Source of the DNA: Chthoniobacteraceae bacterium
GTDB lineage: Bacteria; Verrucomicrobiota; Verrucomicrobiia; Chthoniobacterales; Chthoniobacteraceae
Assembly: GCA_031409335.1 (NCBI GenBank)
Contig: JANNWY010000253.1
Coordinates: forward strand, 1 to 21,927
Length of the DNA stretch: 21,927 bases
Reading direction: 5' to 3'
Numbering within the stretch: the stretch's first letter is position 1; each line of letters opens with the position of its first letter. Both the position numbers and the translations under genes were made by a program. Below the pieces are notes generated by a model. It searched no databases. It was not told where the DNA came from and saw only the letters and a list, made by a program, of their open reading frames with translations. This document shows, piece by piece, positions 17,401 to 21,927 of this stretch.

Positions 17401-20355
17401 TTATTTGAAAGGCAGCAAGGGCACTTCACAAAAGGTGAGCGCGGCGAGGCCGTTGGTGCCGGTGAGAAGCGTGTCCTGATTCCACTCGATTTCCTTGAGG
17501 TAGGTAATCTTCGTCGCTGTGGATGGTTCCTTGAGTTTCAGCGTGAGGACGGTTCCGGCGACGCTGCCGCTCGCGACTTTACCCTTTTCGCCGTCGAGGT
17601 AGAACTGTCCGGCAAGCTTGTCGTCCCACACGACGGGTTGGTCGAACTCGAGCACGACGCTGTCGGGCGCGGCGAGTTTTGCGGTGCGGAGGTTTGGCGC
17701 GGTGAGCGGACCGCCGGATTTTTTGCCGTAGTGATCGCGCTCGATGAGGGGCTGGACCATGCGGGCGAATTCCGCCCAGCCCGCGAGCGGGAAATGGCAG
17801 CCGCCCGGCGGACGAACGCCGAGCGTGGAGAGAATGCTCATTTTGGAAAAGAGGAGGGGCAACGTGCGCTGCTTCTCACGGAGCCGGTCGCCCGAGCCGT
17901 CGCGTCCGCCCATGCTGCATGAGTTCGGCCAGATTTGGAAAACGTAGTAGTGCTGCACGTTCGGGAAGTCGGTCTTCCAGCCCGCGGCCATCTCAATGAA
18001 GAACGGATGGTAAGTCTCCCAGCCGAAGCCGCCCGTAGGTCCATCGGCACCCTGATCGTTTTCGCCCTGATGCCACAGGATGCTGCGGATGCCGTGCGTG
18101 AGTTTCGCCTGCTGCACGCGCCAGAGCATGCGCCCGTAGATGGTTGTGACATCGGTCGGGTTCGCGGGGTCGCGCTGGTGCTGGTCGATGCGCGTGCCGC
18201 CGACCGCCGCGTTGATCATGAAAATGGGAACCTTCTGGCTTTCGAGCAGCCGCTTCGCCAGTTCCATGCCCCACCAGCCCAACTCGGCCTTCTCGCCCTG
18301 CTGCGCCTTCCAGACCGGCAGGCACCAAAGGTTGCCCGCGTTGTCCTTCGGATTTTGCGAAGGGCGTCCGTAGCTGCGAATCCACTCGTTCGTTTCCGGC
18401 GGGGATTTCTCGCCGGTGTCCGTCGCGAGCGCGTTGGACTGCCCGTCGATGATGTAGGCATCGCCGCACACGATGTTGCCCACCGTTTCCAGCACCTTGT
18501 TGCCGGTGCCGAACTCCACTTTGTATTTGATCAACCCCGGCTTGAGCTTCACTGAGAGCGCGTAGGATTTGTCCGCGGCGGGCTTGGCGGTTTCGGTTTT
18601 GATGAGTTTGTCGTCGGCGTAGAGCTTGAGGAAAACCGAGTCGGCGGCGTCGGCGAGCGTGCCGTTGTAAAAGAGCGTGCCTTCTCCTTTGTCGTCGCGC
18701 GCGTAGAACTGCCCGTCCTCCGGCTTCTCGTCCTTCGCGGGAATTCGCGCCATCCACGGATCGCTCTTCGGCTCCGTCACCGCGATCTCCACCGAGTGCG
18801 AAACCGGCGCGCCGCCGTTGCTGATCGTCGCCGTCACCGTGAGCTTGCCGCTATTCTGCGCGCGCTTCAGCACGAGTTTCCCCGGCGCGATTTCCTTGAT
18901 CACCGCGAACGGCCCCGCGCTCCACTCCGTCTTCACTTCGCCCGCGCCCTTCGCCTGCATCGCAGCGAGATTGCTGACGGCGGGGATGACTTCGATGGTC
19001 GCGCGACCATCCCACGCTTTCGGCGCCGTGAGCGTGAACACCGGCTCCTGGATGTCCTCCTTCACCGCGATCGCGACGTCCTTCGTCTTCACGCCGTCCG
19101 GATAGACCGCCTTGCATTGCAGCGTCACCGCCTTGTCGCCCGTCACGCGTCCCGCGTCGAACGTGAACGCCAGCCGATCCACCGCTGCGACCGTCTCCTT
19201 CCCGTCGCTTTTCAAAACCCAATAAACCTTCTGCGCGCCACCCGCCTGCGCGGAAAAGGCCGCGCTCTTTCCCTCCAACACCGTCGCCGTGGCCGGCGAA
19301 ACGGCGAACGTGTTGCCCGGCTGCACCACCGGCCCCACCAGCGTCTGCTGCGCCTTCTGATTCTCGTGCTGCAATCTCACCCAATCCGCCGAGCGCACCA
19401 CTTTCGAGATCCGCACTTCGTCAACGTCGCCGACGAAATCGTAGTTGTTATACCAGCCGCCGATGTAGAACCGCGCCGGTGTCTTGATCGCCAGCGGCGC
19501 GTTCGCCGTCTTCGACGTGTTGCTCAATTCTCCGTTCACATAAATCCGCGAATCGCCCTGCTCATACGTGTGGACCACGTGAATCCACTCGTTCATCGGC
19601 ATCCGTCCGATGCTCGGGACGTCCGCGCCGGAAAAGTAACACTCCATCTTCACATGCGGCGGGCTTTGGAAGTGCATCACCACCTTGCCTTGGCCGTGCT
19701 CATTTCCCCACGCGAGCACGCGGCCGTTGGATTTCTCCGCGCGGAACCACGCCTCCGTGCTGTGCGGGCTCGCGCCCACGGGGAAGTTCGCGATCTTCTC
19801 ACCGCAAAAAATTCCCTGCTTCCCCGCGAGATGCCGCGCCGCCCCGATCATCCCTCCCGCGGGCGTCGTGCCGACATCCTTCGCCTCCACCGATCCGGCT
19901 TCATCCGCAGCCACTTCACCCATGTGCAGGACGCTCAGGTAGCCGTTCGATTCATTGAACACCGCCTTCCCATTCGACTCGCCCGCCGCGTCCGCCTTCC
20001 CCCAGTGCATCTTGATTTCCTGCCGCGCATTGCCCGCGATCTTCGGCACCCGCACCCAGATGCTCGCCGTCCCATTCGCCGCATCCCATTGCTCGATCTG
20101 ATACGCCAGCGGCTTGGCATCGGCGGAAAAGCGCACGTCATCCCCGTTCGCCTTCGCCGCCGCGAAGTTGAAGAAATCCTTGTGCAGCCGCACGAGCACG
20201 GGGAATCCCTCCATGCTCGCCGCAGCGGGAAGATTCGCGCCATCGAGTGTTGTGTTCAGGAAGAGTGATCCCGTGTTTTTCCAATCGGGATATTGTGCAA
20301 ACAGGGTTCCGCTGCTGATGACGAGAGCGGCGAGGAGACGGAGTGGATCTTTCAT
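17401..20355 (-). CDS. Secreted DUF2341 + LamG-like + sialate O-acetylesterase (SASA/SGNH) domain protein
   Basis: Likely start ATG 20355 (MKDPLRLLAALVISSGTLFA). DUF2341-like GDDVRFS...LAYQIEQWD...ASIWVRVP; LamG-like WIHVVHTY...IYVNG...GDVDEVRIS; SASA motifs GDAYIIDGQSNA and ILWHQGEND, then GGCHF. Confidence 0.85.
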   Translation of the reverse strand: MKDPLRLLAALVISSGTLFAQYPDWKNTGSLFLNTTLDGANLPAAASMEGFPVLVRLHKDFFNFAAAKANGDDVRFSADAKPLAYQIEQWDAANGTASIWVRVPKIAGNARQEIKMHWGKADAAGESNGKAVFNESNGYLSVLHMGEVAADEAGSVEAKDVGTTPAGGMIGAARHLAGKQGIFCGEKIANFPVGASPHSTEAWFRAEKSNGRVLAWGNEHGQGKVVMHFQSPPHVKMECYFSGADVPSIGRMPMNEWIHVVHTYEQGDSRIYVNGELSNTSKTANAPLAIKTPARFYIGGWYNNYDFVGDVDEVRISKVVRSADWVRLQHENQKAQQTLVGPVVQPGNTFAVSPATATVLEGKSAAFSAQAGGAQKVYWVLKSDGKETVAAVDRLAFTFDAGRVTGDKAVTLQCKAVYPDGVKTKDVAIAVKEDIQEPVFTLTAPKAWDGRATIEVIPAVSNLAAMQAKGAGEVKTEWSAGPFAVIKEIAPGKLVLKRAQNSGKLTVTATISNGGAPVSHSVEIAVTEPKSDPWMARIPAKDEKPEDGQFYARDDKGEGTLFYNGTLADAADSVFLKLYADDKLIKTETAKPAADKSYALSVKLKPGLIKYKVEFGTGNKVLETVGNIVCGDAYIIDGQSNALATDTGEKSPPETNEWIRSYGRPSQNPKDNAGNLWCLPVWKAQQGEKAELGWWGMELAKRLLESQKVPIFMINAAVGGTRIDQHQRDPANPTDVTTIYGRMLWRVQQAKLTHGIRSILWHQGENDQGADGPTGGFGWETYHPFFIEMAAGWKTDFPNVQHYYVFQIWPNSCSMGGRDGSGDRLREKQRTLPLLFSKMSILSTLGVRPPGGCHFPLAGWAEFARMVQPLIERDHYGKKSGGPLTAPNLRTAKLAAPDSVVLEFDQPVVWDDKLAGQFYLDGEKGKVASGSVAGTVLTLKLKEPSTATKITYLKEIEWNQDTLLTGTNGLAALTFCEVPLLPFK

Positions 20356-20401
20356 ATTCAGAATTTCGATAGACTGGAGAACCCGGCGAGCAAAGGCGCG
20401 T

Positions 20402-20966
20402 TCATTTCTTCCCGCTGAAGCTGCGCAACTCCGGCTGCGTGGTCGCGGCTTCGATGGCCTTGATCGCGTCTTCCACATCGCCGACACGGCGCTTGTTGAG
20501 GTCGCCGGGGAATTCCTTGCGCTTCACCTGCTCGTTCAATTCGACGATCAATTCGCGTAGCTGCGGAATCGCGGGCTGCGCGGCCTTTCCGTAGCCGACG
20601 AGCACTTTCATGATCTCGCCCGTGCGCTTTTCGCTACCGTGTCCGCCTTGCGTTTTCGCCAGCGCAATGCCGGCTTCGATGCCCTCTTTGAAATTGTATT
20701 TCGTCAGCGCCTTGAAGCCGCCCATGCGGATTTCATTGCCAAACATCGTGTCCGCGGGGCAGCGCACTTTCACGGCGGCGAGGATGTCCGGGCCGAGGGC
20801 GATCACGTCCTCCAGCTTGAGTTGCTCGGCGAGTGTGCGCTTGAGCGTGGCCCGCGCCATGCCGTAGGCGTTTTGCGCGATGGCGCGGATGGTGGGGTAA
20901 AGAAGGGCGGCGTCAATGCCCTCGATGGAGCCGCGCAGGAGTCCGTCGAAAAGCGCAGCCGCGAGC
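20402..20966 (-). pseudogene. 3' part of a gene interrupted by IS3 (resembles the helical C-terminus of DUF6288-type proteins)
   Basis: The frame LAAALFDGLLRGSIEGID...PADTMFGNEIRMGG...GGHGSEKRTGEIMKVL... has genic codon usage up to 20966, where the IS3 end begins. The extension of the 20402..21118 ORF is antisense IS sequence. The family name is from recollection. Confidence 0.7.
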
Positions 20967-21022
20967 TGAGCTTGCCCCGGTTTGGTGGACACCCTGACGG
21001 GCGGAGAGTGGAATGAAGGAAG

Positions 21023-21400
21023 ATGAACAAAATCAAGAACGAGAAGAACGGTGAAGCGGCTGCGGTTGTTGCACCGAAACACTACGAGGAGGCATTCAAA
21101 CGCCAAACCGTGGAGCATTGGCTGCGCAGTGGCAAGAACGGGACGCAGATCGCGAGGGAACTCGGGATGAGCTACCCGAGTCTCAAGGATTGGAAGCGCC
21201 GCTACGGAGGGGAGGCCGCGCCGCAGCGGGCGGATCTGGAAGTGGAAAACCGCGCGCTGCGGGCCGAACCGAGCGGAGCGAGATAGCCAAAGGGCGGAGC
21301 CTTTGCCCGCAGGGCAGCGCCGGAGGGCGCGGGCAACTGGCGCGGGTGCGGCGAACAGCGTGACATTCTAAAGAAACGCTGGGCATCCTCTCGGAAGTGC
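21023..21400 (+). pseudogene. IS3 transposase orfA, disrupted
   Basis: ...KHYEEAFKRQTVEHWLRSGKNGTQIARELGMSYPSLKDWKRRY...LEVENRALRAE | insert | LARV..EQRDILKK. The insert introduces TAG at 21284-21286, and there is an extra base near 21351. End approximate. Confidence 0.88.
21269..21334 (+). mobile_element. 66-bp miniature insertion, copy 1
   Basis: CCGAGCGGAGCGAGATAGCCAAAGGGCGGAGCCTTTGCCCGCAGGGCAGCGCCGGAGGGCGCGGGC, flanked by AA at 21267-68 and 21335-36. Removal restores GCC GAA CTG GCG (AELA). Confidence 0.85.
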
Positions 21401-21428
21401 CGCGGCCCGCTACGAGCACATCGAAACC

Positions 21429-21927
21429 ATGAAACACGAGCATTCCCTGGCGGCGTTGTGCGCCGCGCTCGGCGTGAGTCGGCCTGGCTACTATCGCTGA
21501 AAAGGCGCGCCGCCTGGCACCCGCGCGCGTGAGGATGCGGAGCTGACCGAGACGATCCGCGCCGTGCATGCCGAGCATCGGGGTGTCTATGGCAGCCCGC
21601 GGATGTGGCGCGTGCTGCGCGCTCGCGGTCGCCGCCACAGCCGCAAACGCATCGCCCGTCTGATGCGGGCCGCCGGCCTCTGTGGCAAATGTCCGCGCCG
21701 CTTCGTGCCGCGCACGACCCACAGCAGCCACGATCAACCCATCGCCCCGAACCGGCTGGCCGCAGCGTCCAAGCCCACCTCTCCCAACCAGGTCTGGGTG
21801 AGCGACATTTGCCAGCGCCCTCCGGCGCTGCCCTGCGGGCAAAGGCTCCGCCCTTTGGCTATCTCGCTCCGCTCGGTTCCTATGTGCGCACGGCCGAAGG
21901 CTGGCTCTACGTGGCCGCCATCCTCGA
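21429..21927 (+). pseudogene. IS3 transposase orfB (DDE integrase core), disrupted and partial
   Basis: MKHEHSLAALCAALGVSRPGYYR*(TGA 21498-21500)...YGSPRM...RKRIARLMR..GL...APNRL...PNQVWVSDI | insert | SYVRTAEGWLYVAAIL. Confidence 0.9.
21811..21876 (-). mobile_element. 66-bp miniature insertion, copy 2 (inverted)
   Basis: The reverse complement matches copy 1 at 65/66 positions. Flanked by TT at 21809-10 and 21877-78. Removal restores GAC ATT TCC TAT GTG (DISYV). Confidence 0.85.

Larger units (their letters stand above)
20967..21927 (+). mobile_element. Decayed IS3-family insertion sequence (left end, orfA and part of orfB; runs off the window)
   Basis: IRL TGAGCTTGCCCCGGTTTGGTGGACACC (20967-20993), followed by OrfA- and OrfB-like frames carrying two 68-bp insertions, small indels and a nonsense codon. 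Confidence 0.92.

Noticed and set aside
20967..21118. N-terminus of the 238-aa ORF 20402..21118, and the upstream extensions of ORFs ending at 20487, 17322, 14341 and 13143
   Set aside because: The first is antisense IS3 sequence. The others precede better starts that are followed directly by signal peptides, and some overlap promoter motifs or the upstream gene.
21267..21336. The 66-bp element as an integron attC site or CRISPR repeat
   Set aside because: It lacks complementary RYYYAAC/GTTRRRY ends and a single long stem. There are only two copies, inverted, with no spacers.
21269..21876. The two inverted 66-bp copies as ends of one composite element
   Set aside because: The DNA between them is continuous with the transposase on both outer sides, and each copy has its own AA/TT duplication.

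Overview
GC-rich bacterial DNA, most likely Verrucomicrobiota (inferred from gene content). It starts and ends inside two different IS3-family elements, so it may be a whole contig broken at repeats. Left to right: an IS3 left end whose terminal TGA is the stop codon of a type III-like DNA methyltransferase (mod); the SNF2 helicase gene upstream of mod; a TPR relic; class II ribonucleotide reductase nrdJ behind three helically phased NrdR boxes; an intergenic stretch with a REP-like doublet and two gene stubs; two secreted paralogues sharing one domain but carrying different C-terminal signals (an RFFR-ending domain vs PEP-CTERM), each preceded by the same 18-bp site at the same distance; a NarL-type two-component pair; a DUF2341-LamG-SASA esterase; and the 3' part of a DUF6288-type gene cut by a decayed IS3. 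The most unusual signal is a 66-bp element present twice (65/66 identical, opposite orientations) inside that IS3. It has no terminal inverted repeats, is flanked by a duplicated AA, and is made of four C(GNA)G triloop hairpins on one strand. It looks like a non-autonomous, ssDNA-folded mobile element with an unknown mobiliser. All family calls come from motif recognition by eye, not database searches.
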